Positions 1 to 9,480 of a stretch of 64,000 nucleotides of DNA are shown piece after piece; position 1 is the first letter of the stretch; each line of letters opens with the position of its first letter. The DNA lies in IMG/VR virus record IMGVR_UViG_3300033802_000252, positions 77,891 to 141,890 of that record; one strand, 5' to 3'. Both the position numbers and the translations under genes were made by a program. Source of the DNA: a virus. A model generated the notes under the pieces. The model did not search any database and had not been told where the DNA came from. It worked only from the letters and a program-made list of their open reading frames with translations.

Positions 1-1
1 A

Positions 2-358
2 AAAGAAAAATATGATTTTTTAATTCTAGATAGATATACACTTTCTCAATTTGTTTATGGTGCTGCTAATAATATGGATATTAATTGGATAAAAGAACTT
101 CAGCGTTTTATGCGTAAACCTGATTTAGATATTGTTATTGATATTTCTGCAGAAATAAGTATAAAACGAAAAGGAAAATATGGAGAAAATGATCGATATG
201 AATCTGATTTACAATTACTTGAGAAAGTTAGAAGTAATTATTTAAATTTTCCTGCGGATTTTTCATCTCCAATAAAGATAATTATAAATGGAGAGAGGAC
301 AATAGAACAGATACACAATGACATTTATATAAAAGTCAAGGGGGTATTTGGGTTGTGA
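2..358 (+). CDS. tmk: Thymidylate kinase (5'-truncated by window edge)
   Basis: Frame is open from base 2: KEKYDFLILDRYTLSQFVYG...KPDLDIVIDIS, i.e. the DRY and PDL motifs of dTMP kinases. Confidence 0.85.
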   Translation, partial: KEKYDFLILDRYTLSQFVYGAANNMDINWIKELQRFMRKPDLDIVIDISAEISIKRKGKYGENDRYESDLQLLEKVRSNYLNFPADFSSPIKIIINGERTIEQIHNDIYIKVKGVFGL

Positions 359-894
359 ATACGTTATTTATAGTAAGTGGTGTTTCTGGTAGCGGTAAAA
401 CTACTTTAATGAGGGAAGTTTTAGACAATGAATTGGTTAGTTATTCAACTAGACCTATGAGGCAAGGTGAATCAGAAGGAAATCCCTATTACTTCATAAC
501 CGAAGAGCAATACGATCAAATGTATAATGATGGGGAGTTTGCTGAGTATTCTAACTACGCTGGACATGGATATAGATATGCAATTTCATACGATGAATTA
601 AATGATAAACTTGCTAAAGGTGATGCATATGTAATTAGTGATGTAAACGGAATGGATCAGTTTAAATCAATTTATCCTAATTGTGTGTCAATTTATATTT
701 ATGTTGAAAAAGAAGAAGCTGAAAAGCATATGAGGTTGCGTGGAGATAGTGAAGCAGATATTGAAAAGAGATTGGCTACATATGAAGATGAAATAAGTTA
801 TATGTATAAATATGATCATATTGTTGTAAATAGACACGGGGAAATGGACGAGACTGTTGAGAAATTGAGAAATATTATCGATGGGCTGGTGTAA
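355..894 (+). CDS. gmk: Guanylate kinase
   Basis: P-loop GVSGSGKTT, STRPMRQGE..GNPYYF, EY..YAGHGYRY. Confidence 0.9.
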   Translation: MNTLFIVSGVSGSGKTTLMREVLDNELVSYSTRPMRQGESEGNPYYFITEEQYDQMYNDGEFAEYSNYAGHGYRYAISYDELNDKLAKGDAYVISDVNGMDQFKSIYPNCVSIYIYVEKEEAEKHMRLRGDSEADIEKRLATYEDEISYMYKYDHIVVNRHGEMDETVEKLRNIIDGLV

Positions 895-1471
895 ATATAT
901 GATGTGTAATAATACACTAGATTCTCGTTTGATTAGAATAGCGATTGATCAGGATCAGGTATTAGCAGATCTATTGAGCGAATGGTTGCGAAGATACAAT
1001 AACGATTATAACGATAATTTGAAAAAAGAACAGGTTAATCATTGGAATTGGCATGACTTAGTAAAGCCTGAGTGTGGAAAAAAGATTTATGATTATTTGG
1101 ATGACCCAGATCTCTTTGAATCGCTGCCTGTAATTGAAGATGCTCAAGAAGTGGTTAAAGAGCTATCAGAGAAGTTCGATATCTTTATTGTAACAGCGCC
1201 CTGGAACATGAATAATGTAATTCCAAAATATAAATGGCTTAAAAAACATTTCTCATTCCTGGATGACCGTAATTTTGTGTTTACAAGAAATAAATCAATA
1301 ATCGATGCAGAATGGTTGATTGATGACAAACCATCAAATTTAGATGATTTTGCAGGTAGTTGTATACTATTTGATGCACCTCATAATCGAGATGTAACAA
1401 AATATATGCGAGTATTAAATTGGGAAGAAGTTCGGGAGTATTTTAGTATAGAAATAAAAAATAAAAGTTGA
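881..1471 (+). CDS. 5'(3')-deoxyribonucleotidase (HAD family); start may be ATG 899
   Basis: IAIDQDQVLAD, IVTAP, K..WLKKHF, LIDDKPSN HAD motifs. Confidence 0.85.
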   Translation: MGWCKYMMCNNTLDSRLIRIAIDQDQVLADLLSEWLRRYNNDYNDNLKKEQVNHWNWHDLVKPECGKKIYDYLDDPDLFESLPVIEDAQEVVKELSEKFDIFIVTAPWNMNNVIPKYKWLKKHFSFLDDRNFVFTRNKSIIDAEWLIDDKPSNLDDFAGSCILFDAPHNRDVTKYMRVLNWEEVREYFSIEIKNKS

Positions 1472-1496
1472 CATTTAATATTGGGTGGTGTATAGT
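1468..1496 (+). promoter_or_regulatory. SigA-type promoter
   Basis: TTGACA-17 bp-TATAGT with TG extended -10 and an A-rich upstream element. Confidence 0.8.
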
Positions 1497-1609
1497 AAGA
1501 TATGTAAGGAAGACGCACACAGCAATTATTTTTTGGGTGAATCTGTGTTTAATTTGATTTTGAATACCGCTATTAAAAATAAAATATCGCAAGAAGAAAT
1601 GATTGATAA

Positions 1610-1750
1610 ATGAATGAATCAGGTGTTCAAATGGTATCAGGTTTTTCACCTTCCATTTTTGAGTATCTAATGAAGGGTGAATTCTTGTCCGTTTATGATT
1701 TGATGTTGGATGTATTGAATAGTGAAAGGTATAGTTTAGTAACTGTGTAG
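1610..1750 (+). CDS. Small hypothetical protein (46 aa)
   Basis: ATG..TAG ORF MNESGVQMVSGFSPSIFEYLMK downstream of the promoter. Confidence 0.35.
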   Translation: MNESGVQMVSGFSPSIFEYLMKGEFLSVYDLMLDVLNSERYSLVTV

Positions 1751-1796
1751 GATGCATAAGGGGGAATAGATATACTTAGCTATTTCCTCTTCCTTT

Positions 1797-1959
1797 AAAA
1801 TCGCATAAAAACAAGCGATTATACGTATGTACCGATGGCTTAGTCGGGAATTTACGCCTGTGGAGTGTTGTAGAACCTGTAGTAGCATGATGCGAGGCAG
1901 AACACGTTGAAGCAGGAACTTTTCTCGATATGGATATTTGTCCATATTTTGAGTAGCAG
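1797..1959 (+). mobile_element. IS607-family tnpB 3' end / RAGATH-18-like omegaRNA remnant, copy 1 (no tnpB ORF)
   Basis: Near-identical to 34667-34828. Contains a tnpB-like tail (AAAATCGCATAA = KIA*), GTACCGATGGCTTAGTCGGGAATTTACGCCTGTGGAG, GTTGAAGCAGGAA and a terminal hairpin ATATGGA-TATTTG-TCCATAT; ends GAGTAGCAG. Confidence 0.75.
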
Positions 1960-2329
1960 ATTGGGGATACATATCAGAAGATGACGGAGGTAACTTTGCT
2001 GCGAGAGATTTCTATGATGCTTTGCAATATCTTAGCGAACAAGGATGGGGGTTCGTTGGTACATATAAGGAGCCAGGTGCAGACAATGGTGAGGGATATG
2101 TGATTAGGAAAATATGACGGTCTGAACTGGGTTAAGCACCAAATCCAATCCAGCGGATTTGGTGCCCAAAATGAACCGGATGAATACGAGTCTATGGTGC
2201 AACTGGACATGCACAATCAAATCCAGCGTCTGCGGGCGGCGTTGGAACGCATAAAGAAATGGGCTGATAACCCTGAGCCCGGAACTATGTTAAAAGCGGA
2301 AAATGTGAGATGTGAAAGGAGTGAATTCC

Positions 2330-2902
2330 ATGAGTGAATATCTGAGCAAGAAAGCGGTGTTGGAATGGTTGACAGAGCAGTATTTCCACGGCATGGGAGA
2401 GGAGGCGTGGAACACGGCTATATCCAAATTGCAAGAAAAGATCGAATCCGGCGCATTTGATGCCGATGAATCCGAAGGTACTTGGAAAGCGACCGCTGAA
2501 GTCTTTGGGCGCGAAAACGCACAGATGAACAGCGAAGTCCAGCGTCTGCGGGAAGCGTTGGAGGAAGTGTATGAAGAATTGAAAACACTACACTTCATGA
2601 TTGACCACGACGACGACATTTTTCACGAGCGAAAAAAGAAATATCTTTCAATCATTGATTATGTTGGTCAGTCAGTTGCCGGGCAAGCCCTCTCCACCAC
2701 GACCGAACCAACCGGCCCTTACACCATCCGCCGCAACGAATACGGTCATGCCGTCGCCATCGAGCGAAACGGATATACGGTTCTGCATCTCCAGCCCGGA
2801 ACTGAGCGGAATGAGCAGGAAGTGGAGGGAATCGTGGCGTTGCTGAACATGAATGCGGCGAAGGTGGAACGGGTGAGGGAAGGAGACGGGAACGATGCGT
2901 GA
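2330..2902 (+). CDS. Hypothetical phage protein
   Basis: RBS AAAGGAGTG, ~190 aa ORF, overlaps the next start. Confidence 0.7.
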   Translation: MSEYLSKKAVLEWLTEQYFHGMGEEAWNTAISKLQEKIESGAFDADESEGTWKATAEVFGRENAQMNSEVQRLREALEEVYEELKTLHFMIDHDDDIFHERKKKYLSIIDYVGQSVAGQALSTTTEPTGPYTIRRNEYGHAVAIERNGYTVLHLQPGTERNEQEVEGIVALLNMNAAKVERVREGDGNDA

Positions 2903-3320
2903 GATACGTTTCAGGGGAAAGTGCATCGAAGATTGTGAGCTAAAAGGACAATGGCTATACGGACACTACTTGAAATCGGCAAGTCACTTTATCGCGGTCG
3001 ATCAAGGCTTGGTAGACGGGCATTTTAAACTGTACCAAGTTGATCCCAAAACAGTCGGGCAATACACCGGACTCAAAGACAATAACGGGAAACAGATTTA
3101 TGAGGGGGATATCCTCGAAAGTAACCACAAACTTTTTCGTTTAGAAGTAATTTGGTCGGAAGATTTGGCAATGTTCACGGTCAAAGGCGATGAAGATTGG
3201 GTAATGTTCACGGTTAATGGCGATAGTGTTGAGGCTCTTATAAGATGGGCTACTTACTGTGAAGTCATCGGAAATGTTTTTGAGAACGGGGAATTGTTAA
3301 ATGATTGTGAAGAAGCATAA
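2895..3320 (+). CDS. YopX family protein
   Basis: MREIRFRGK, TVGQYTGLKDNNGKQIYEGDIL, EVIGNVFEN. Confidence 0.9.
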   Translation: MREIRFRGKCIEDCELKGQWLYGHYLKSASHFIAVDQGLVDGHFKLYQVDPKTVGQYTGLKDNNGKQIYEGDILESNHKLFRLEVIWSEDLAMFTVKGDEDWVMFTVNGDSVEALIRWATYCEVIGNVFENGELLNDCEEA

Positions 3321-3858
3321 ACCGATTAAATTTATCAACACGTGCGGGTGCATTGTTGATGAAAAAGAACTTGAACAAGCAATTCTATGGTATACCGATA
3401 AGCCTGTTTGTGGTACGAAGAAAATCTTCATGCATGGGAATTATCCGGCGGTTGCAATCTACAAAGAGAAAATACATGTTCATCGATTGTTGATGATGTA
3501 TTGGCAGAACAGAAAATTACTTCGGAACGAATATGTGCATCATATTGACGAAAACAAACTGAATGCTATGAAATCTAATCTTTGTCTAATTGAGGTAGGC
3601 AAGCACCAAAGTATGCACAACAAAGGGAAAGTATTTTCTGAAAATCATCGAGCGTTAATATCCGAAGCCAATCGAAGACGTGCTGGAAGAATTAAATTCA
3701 AAAAACGTGTTCATATCGATTTGGTTGAGTTACAGAAAATGGCGTCTTCTGGTGCAAGTATAAGTTCGATGGCAAGGTATTTCAAGTGCGATCGATGGAC
3801 AATTAAAAATCGGCTATACGAAAACCCGGAACTGCTGAAAGGAGACGGGAACGCATGA
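3301..3858 (+). CDS. HNH endonuclease
   Basis: HVHRLLM...VHHIDENKLNAMKSNL...H..MH HNH core. Confidence 0.85.
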   Translation: MIVKKHKPIKFINTCGCIVDEKELEQAILWYTDKPVCGTKKIFMHGNYPAVAIYKEKIHVHRLLMMYWQNRKLLRNEYVHHIDENKLNAMKSNLCLIEVGKHQSMHNKGKVFSENHRALISEANRRRAGRIKFKKRVHIDLVELQKMASSGASISSMARYFKCDRWTIKNRLYENPELLKGDGNA

Positions 3859-4130
3859 TACGGTTGACACTGCTGAACGGTAAACATTGGTACGTGAATC
3901 CCGACCACATTGTTGGAATCAAGAGTGGCCATAAGTATGGAGCAGCGATAGAAAGCGATCACCAGACCGGAATAGAACACACAATAGACGTGACTCAAGT
4001 GCAAGAATCCCCCGAAGAAGTCGCCCGCAAGGTGCTGGAGTGGAAGTACATTATGCAAAAAGGCGCGTACACAAACACGCAGGAAATGGCGAGATTGCGA
4101 GAACTTGCTGGATTGGAGGAACAAGTGTGA
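3855..4130 (+). CDS. FlbD-like protein
   Basis: MIRLTLLNGKHWYVNPDHIVGI...VQESPEEV resembles the FlbD family. Confidence 0.65.
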   Translation: MIRLTLLNGKHWYVNPDHIVGIKSGHKYGAAIESDHQTGIEHTIDVTQVQESPEEVARKVLEWKYIMQKGAYTNTQEMARLRELAGLEEQV

Positions 4131-4366
4131 ACTATATGAACCCCATTCAAAAAGTTCTATATCCTGAAAAGTGTCCTGTGACTGGACTGCCATTTTTCAT
4201 GGAAATCCACCATCCTGAGCTTGGATATATACCCACCTATGGCGGTCCCTACGACAGTTACACGATTCCGATCAAGGACGAAAATGGAAATTGGTATCGC
4301 AAACGATTCGATCATGATGAAGGGTATTGGTATGACGATGAATGGATTGAGGAGGAACAAGCATGA
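4127..4366 (+). CDS. Hypothetical phage protein
   Basis: RBS GGAGG, GTG start overlapping the upstream stop. Confidence 0.65.
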   Translation: MNYMNPIQKVLYPEKCPVTGLPFFMEIHHPELGYIPTYGGPYDSYTIPIKDENGNWYRKRFDHDEGYWYDDEWIEEEQA

Positions 4367-4446
4367 CCCGTGATGAGATTTTGTCGCTGAAGCCGGGGCG
4401 GGAGTTGGATGCGCTAGTGGCGGAAAAGGATGGGCGGATGGAATGA
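4363..4446 (+). pseudogene. Truncated copy of the N-terminus of the 4782-5174 gene
   Basis: MTRDEILSLKPGRELDALVAEK; 24-bp identity 4388-4411 vs 4807-4830. Confidence 0.6.
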
Positions 4447-4646
4447 TCGGACTTGTCTACGAATACCGATGCCGAGAACATGGAGCTAAGAATCCGTATG
4501 TAATATTTCGCAATCTTCAATATTTACACTTGTGTCCTGAATGTAATCGAGAAATGCAAAAAACTTATGTTGATGTAAGGATATTCGGGGATTCATTGGA
4601 ACACAGTGGGCGGAGTCTTACGGAAAGGGGTCAGGACAAACTTTGA
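4443..4646 (+). CDS. Small zinc-ribbon protein
   Basis: YEYRCREHG...CPECNREMQK. Confidence 0.55.
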   Translation: MIGLVYEYRCREHGAKNPYVIFRNLQYLHLCPECNREMQKTYVDVRIFGDSLEHSGRSLTERGQDKL

Positions 4647-4781
4647 AAGAAATGGCGCCGAATCCTGATTTATGCGTGCTTTGCAGAGCGCGGAGGATCA
4701 AGTGGATAATTCGACATGTATCGAAGCCATTAGTTTTTGGAATGTGCGAAGACTGCTATTCGAGATGGGAGGAACCGAACC

Positions 4782-5174
4782 ATGACACGTGATGAAGTGT
4801 TGGCCATGAAGCCGGGGCGGGAGTTGGATGAACTTGTTATCCGGCATATTATGAATATTCCCATTGTAGAAAGTGTTGACTTATTCAGCCAAGAGCCTTT
4901 TCCCGCCGCGTGGTGGGTCGAAGACGAAGGATGGTATATCGCTGATGAGCGGGATGAAGATGGGCTGATTTATAGACCATTCAACCCGAGCGAAGACATA
5001 TCCGCCGCATGGGAAGTGGTGGAGGAGATGGGTGATTGCTTGCATTTGAGACAACATGGCGAACAAGGCGAATGGGAAGCATGGTTTTGTGGGTATCCAA
5101 CTTCGAAAGCACACGGTGAAACAGCCTCCGAAGCCATTTGCAAAGCCGCCCTTCTGGCGGTGATGGATGGGTGA
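4782..5174 (+). CDS. Phage ABA-sandwich-like domain protein
   Basis: PGRELDELV...FNPSEDISAAWEVVE...ASEAICKAALLA. Confidence 0.7.
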   Translation: MTRDEVLAMKPGRELDELVIRHIMNIPIVESVDLFSQEPFPAAWWVEDEGWYIADERDEDGLIYRPFNPSEDISAAWEVVEEMGDCLHLRQHGEQGEWEAWFCGYPTSKAHGETASEAICKAALLAVMDG

Positions 5175-5356
5175 AAGCATTACGAGCGTTTGAACTTTGC
5201 GAAAAATACGCGCGGTGCCATGAATGCGGAAGCGATCTTTTAGGAAACGGCGAGGGCACACTTAAAATCACTGACGATACTTTTATTCGTACCTGTAAGT
5301 GCGGGTGGAAAGTGGAGATTAAGGAGGTAACCCATGAACAAAATAGACGAGATTAA
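5171..5356 (+). CDS. DUF3797-like small Cys-rich protein
   Basis: CHECGSDLLGNGEGTL...RTCKCGW. Confidence 0.65.
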   Translation: MKALRAFELCEKYARCHECGSDLLGNGEGTLKITDDTFIRTCKCGWKVEIKEVTHEQNRRD

Positions 5357-5714
5357 GCAAACAAGAAAATGGATAGGAAGGCCATCGCCAAAGAGCGTGC
5401 GTTTTGGGACAGGATGGGTTCGTGAGTTGAATAAGGCTTGGACTGATTCCGATTTTACCTATGCTGTAATGTCGCGTGAAATTGAAACTGAATGGGGAAT
5501 TGTAACCCACGTTTGCATTCGCAACGCTGATAACACAGATATTCCTTGGGCAGAAAAGCAACGAATCAAAAATGAATTATTTGGGTCTGAACGGTGTGCG
5601 GTTGAAATATTTCCAGCCGAAAGCGAATTGGTTGACGCAGCGAATATGTATCACCTTTGGATTTTGCCGAAGGGCATGAAGTTGCCCTTTGGATTGAAGG
5701 AGGATAAACCATGA
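5334..5714 (+). CDS. DUF7694-like phage protein
   Basis: IPWAEKQRIKNELFG..R.AVEIFPAESELVDAANMYHLW. Confidence 0.7.
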   Translation: MNKIDEIKQTRKWIGRPSPKSVRFGTGWVRELNKAWTDSDFTYAVMSREIETEWGIVTHVCIRNADNTDIPWAEKQRIKNELFGSERCAVEIFPAESELVDAANMYHLWILPKGMKLPFGLKEDKP

Positions 5715-6301
5715 ACGAAGCGATCAGTAAGGCGAAACGTTGCGAACTATGTCCGCCTGATGAAGAAACGTGTTATTGCTATGATGATAAGCCAAGCGTA
5801 TACCTGACGGAGTCGCAGTTAGACGAGATAGTTAAGGAATTTGTCAAACCGGCAGTAAGCGAAGATGATCGTAGGCTGAAAATGACAGTTTTGAGTCTGG
5901 TTTCCGATTTGCGAAACTGCCGAGCAGAACTGGCCGAAGAACGCGCCGCTCATAACGCGCATGTGACGGAGTTGTGCGAGCTTGAAAAAGAAAACCGGAA
6001 GCTACGGCAGGAACGGGACGCATACTACAACAACGCCAGATATACCGAAGCATCGTTACACGAGGTGACAAGTCTACGCTCTCAACTCCAATCCGCCCAG
6101 CAGGAGATCGAGCGGTTGGAACAGGACCGCGATAAGCTGATCGAGGTGTTGCGAAAACTGGCAAAGACCAACGCTGAGAACATCAGTGAAATCCGTGAAT
6201 GGAAAGCGAAGCAGAATGATCCCGAAGTGACCGATTTGGACTGGTACAACTATGTCGCCCGCGACATCCTCAAAGAAATCGGGGTGATGATGAGTGAATG
6301 A
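5711..6301 (+). CDS. Hypothetical coiled-coil phage protein
   Basis: RBS GGAGG, ATGA overlap, heptad-rich sequence. Confidence 0.7.
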   Translation: MNEAISKAKRCELCPPDEETCYCYDDKPSVYLTESQLDEIVKEFVKPAVSEDDRRLKMTVLSLVSDLRNCRAELAEERAAHNAHVTELCELEKENRKLRQERDAYYNNARYTEASLHEVTSLRSQLQSAQQEIERLEQDRDKLIEVLRKLAKTNAENISEIREWKAKQNDPEVTDLDWYNYVARDILKEIGVMMSE

Positions 6302-6423
6302 GTTCTATCTTACGATCATCTTGTTATTAGGCGTTTCATTAACCTCGTATTTCTGGATGTCCAGCTTAGAACGTCGAATCAAAAGATTAGAGAACAGTCT
6401 TTCCGGACTGGAGGAACCGAACA

Positions 6424-6768
6424 ATGACTGATCGGGAAAAGAAGATCGCGGAGATTCGGAAATCCGTTGAAGAAGCGCGAAAAACAAAAGGTTCGTGGGT
6501 TGATGGGCAAGATTATGCATATGATGTTAAGTTCCTGCTGGACGAGTTGGATCGGTTGCGGGCAGAGCGAGATTCGCACGGACCGGAGGGACGTAACTAT
6601 ACGAATATGCAATACGTTGACTTACTGATGGAACGGGACAAGATGATCGAGTGGTTGCGAATGTGTTTATTCAATCATGGGTGCTGGCGTGAAGAAGATT
6701 ACGTCGCATATATGCGTAACCTCCTAAAAGAGATAGGGGTGACGGTGGAATGGGCAGAACCAAAATGA
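6424..6768 (+). CDS. Hypothetical phage protein
   Basis: RBS GGAGG; C-terminus LKEIGVTVE is shared with neighbouring genes. Confidence 0.7.
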   Translation: MTDREKKIAEIRKSVEEARKTKGSWVDGQDYAYDVKFLLDELDRLRAERDSHGPEGRNYTNMQYVDLLMERDKMIEWLRMCLFNHGCWREEDYVAYMRNLLKEIGVTVEWAEPK

Positions 6769-6932
6769 ACCTGAACAACCTGAATCATCAACTGGTCGTC
6801 GTTGGGTTAACGGGTATGGTAGAAGAAGACGGGTTAACGCCGCATGAAGCGTTTGAAGTGGTAGAGGACATCAAGCAGAACATTTTCCACGCATTGGCCG
6901 AAATCCGACGCGAGAAGGTGAGCGGTGGATGA
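6765..6932 (+). CDS. Hypothetical phage protein
   Basis: ATGA-coupled small ORF. Confidence 0.55.
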   Translation: MNLNNLNHQLVVVGLTGMVEEDGLTPHEAFEVVEDIKQNIFHALAEIRREKVSGG

Positions 6933-7213
6933 GTGAAAAGTCATGGAAGCAGATACGGGAAGAACTCAAGATGCTCCTGAGGCAAATGTGCGTAACGCCG
7001 GTGGACGAGGCGCTGGAGTACATTGACGATATTTTGAAGTTGCAAGAACAACTCCAATCCGCACATCAGGAGATAGAGCGGTTGGAACAGGAACGCGACA
7101 AACTGATCGAGTGCTTGCGGTTTTACGAACGTTTGGCACGCGGCAGAGAGGTTAACGACGGAGGGCGCAGGGCGAGAACGTTGCTGGCAGAAATCGGGGT
7201 GACGGTGGAGTGA
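6929..7213 (+). CDS. Hypothetical phage protein
   Basis: ATGA overlap; shares the QLQSA.QEIERLEQ block with 5711-6301. Confidence 0.65.
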   Translation: MSEKSWKQIREELKMLLRQMCVTPVDEALEYIDDILKLQEQLQSAHQEIERLEQERDKLIECLRFYERLARGREVNDGGRRARTLLAEIGVTVE

Positions 7214-7303
7214 TATGGCTTCACAATTGCCCGCAGAATTAAGGAAAATAAATATAATAAGCATGATACATAAAGTGATAGTTTTTTAATAAGTTTATTT
7301 TTT

Positions 7304-7386
7304 GTCGGAGTGGTGGAATTGGCAGACACACAGAACTTAAAATTCTGCGGTTTTATACCTTGTCGGTTCGAATCCGACCTCCGACA
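7304..7386 (+). tRNA. tRNA-Leu (anticodon TAA), CCA not encoded
   Basis: Acceptor stem GTCGGAG/CTCCGAC, D-arm TGGTGGAATTGGCAGACAC, anticodon stem CAGAA-CTTAAAA-TTCTG, long variable arm, T-loop GGTTCGAATCC. Confidence 0.9.
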
Positions 7387-7419
7387 TTTTTTATTAAATT
7401 AAAAAAAGGGTGATTAAAT

Positions 7420-7884
7420 ATAACGAATAAAGGTAAATTTGATTTTAGTGAAAAAGTAGTTGAATATGAAATTGATAGTAATGGTTGTTATATTTGTTTA
7501 AGTGGTTTTATTAAAAATGATGGCTATCATTCATTTCATATTAAAGGAAAACAAGTAAGAATACATAGATACGTATACGAAAAGATGATAGGGCAAATAC
7601 CAGAGGGCTATGTTATAAGGCACAAATGCGATGTACGAAGATGTATTAATCCTGAGCATTTAATAGCAGGAACACATGCTCAAAATGTTAGAGACAGGGT
7701 TGAAAGAAAACGATCAGCAATAGGTGAACGAAATGGAAGATCAAAATTAACAGAGCAACAGGTTAAAGAAATAAAATACATAAAATCATTGAACAATACC
7801 ATATTGGCATACATTTATGGGGTAGATCGTAGGGTTATAAGAGACATAAAAACGGGAAGAAAATGGAGACATATTCAAATATAA
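7420..7884 (+). CDS. HNH homing endonuclease (probable ATA start)
   Basis: RIHRYVYEKMIGQIPEGYVIRHKCDVRRCINPEHL..GTHAQN; frame open upstream to a TGA at 7411, RBS AAGGGTGA before ATA. Confidence 0.85.
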   Translation: MTNKGKFDFSEKVVEYEIDSNGCYICLSGFIKNDGYHSFHIKGKQVRIHRYVYEKMIGQIPEGYVIRHKCDVRRCINPEHLIAGTHAQNVRDRVERKRSAIGERNGRSKLTEQQVKEIKYIKSLNNTILAYIYGVDRRVIRDIKTGRKWRHIQI

Positions 7885-7899
7885 AAAAGGAAGTGAATC

Positions 7900-8466
7900 A
7901 TGGCACAGTTATACTTTCGATATTCAACTATGAATGCTGGTAAGTCGCTTGAGATCTTGAAGATTGCTAATAATTATCGAGAGCAAGGTAAAAATGTCAT
8001 GATCTTTACTCCAGCAATTGATAATCGTTATGGTGTAGGAAAAGTAACTTCAAGAATTGGAATCAGTGAAGATGCATACATAGTTGGCGAAGATACGAAT
8101 ATATATGAAGTTGTTTTAAAAAATAAAAATGTAAATTGTGTACTTGTTGATGAAGCACAATTTTTAACCAAGGAACATGTTATTGATTTAACATTGATAG
8201 TGGACAAACTAAACATTCCAGTTATTTGTTATGGATTGAAAAATGATTTTCGGAATGAGTTGTTTGATGGCAGTAAATGGCTTCTTGTATATGCTGACAA
8301 GATCGAAGAAGTAAAAACAGTCTGTTGGCAATGTGATAGAAAAGCAACTATGATTTTAAAAATAGAAAATGGACAGCTTGTATACAGCGGAAAACAAGTA
8401 GATATTGGTGGCAACGAAAAGTATATGAGTGTATGCAGAAGACATTATTATAATCCTGAGTTGTAA
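7900..8466 (+). CDS. tdk: Thymidine kinase
   Basis: YSTMNAGKS, VLVDEAQFL, YGLKNDF, CWQC, Y.SVCRRH. Confidence 0.95.
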   Translation: MAQLYFRYSTMNAGKSLEILKIANNYREQGKNVMIFTPAIDNRYGVGKVTSRIGISEDAYIVGEDTNIYEVVLKNKNVNCVLVDEAQFLTKEHVIDLTLIVDKLNIPVICYGLKNDFRNELFDGSKWLLVYADKIEEVKTVCWQCDRKATMILKIENGQLVYSGKQVDIGGNEKYMSVCRRHYYNPEL

Positions 8467-8561
8467 ATTTCCTGAGAAATAAGATTTTCTTCGATAATTA
8501 TATACTGTTCGACATAACATTCAAAATGAAATAAATCAGATTCTAAAAAGGAGGTGAACAA

Positions 8562-8837
8562 ATGAACTTATCAAAGAGTGCAATTAAGAATCAACAGATT
8601 AGGCAGCGAGTTATTGATATTGCTAACTACATAATTGAAAATAACGCTACTGTAAGAGATGTTGCGAAGAAATTTAATATTTCTAAAAGTGCTGCTCATA
8701 TGGATGCTTCTATTCGATTGCAAAAAGTGAATCCATTGCTATACAAGCAAGTGAAAAAAGTATTGGATTATAATGCATCTATAAAGCATATTCGTGGTGG
8801 AGAATCCACAAGGCGATTTCATAAAAACAAAATATAA
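8562..8837 (+). CDS. spoIIID: SpoIIID-like sporulation transcription regulator
   Basis: IANYIIENNATVRDVAKKFNISKSAAHMD...RL..VNP.LY..V..VLDYN..IKHIRGGESTR. Confidence 0.85.
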   Translation: MNLSKSAIKNQQIRQRVIDIANYIIENNATVRDVAKKFNISKSAAHMDASIRLQKVNPLLYKQVKKVLDYNASIKHIRGGESTRRFHKNKI

Positions 8838-8941
8838 TAAAGGTGAATATATGAGTCTAAATGAATCAATATGAGATATAAAAAATAAAAGAACTTAACA
8901 AAAATATTTAAATAATAAAATATGAAAGGGAGTATATACAT

Positions 8942-9454
8942 ATGCCAACACTTTATCAACTTACTGATGATTATATTAATTTTGTAAACTATGCTAATAA
9001 CATACTTGAAAACGACGACTTGACTGAAGAAGATTTTCAAATGTTGATTGACACACTCGATGCAATCAAAGATTCTGTGGAATATAAAGTAGAAAATATC
9101 ATCAAGTTTATGAAGAACATTGAGGGAGATATTGAAGCATATAAAAAGGAAGAAGATAGACTAAAAAAACGCAGAAAAGTTCAAGAAAATACATATAACA
9201 GACTCAAGGATTATGTTAAGAACATGTTGGAAACAGCGAACATTAAGAGCGTGGAGGCTGGAGTATTTAAGGTTAGAATTCAAAAGAATAATCCTAGCGT
9301 TGAGATTTATGACGAAAATAAAGTTCCTGATAAGTATAAAATTCCGCAAGATCCAGTAATTGATAAAAAGACCCTCTTGGCAGATTTAAAAAATGGCTTG
9401 GTTGTTGAAGGGGCAAAGATTGCTGATGAAAGTTATCACTTGAGAATTCAATAA
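8942..9454 (+). CDS. Siphovirus Gp157 family protein
   Basis: MPTLYQLT...KVENI...IEAYKKEEDRL...QKNNPSV...IDKK.LL.DLK.G..VEGA. Confidence 0.85.
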   Translation: MPTLYQLTDDYINFVNYANNILENDDLTEEDFQMLIDTLDAIKDSVEYKVENIIKFMKNIEGDIEAYKKEEDRLKKRRKVQENTYNRLKDYVKNMLETANIKSVEAGVFKVRIQKNNPSVEIYDENKVPDKYKIPQDPVIDKKTLLADLKNGLVVEGAKIADESYHLRIQ

Positions 9455-9480
9455 TACATATTCGTTAAAAGTTCAATTTT

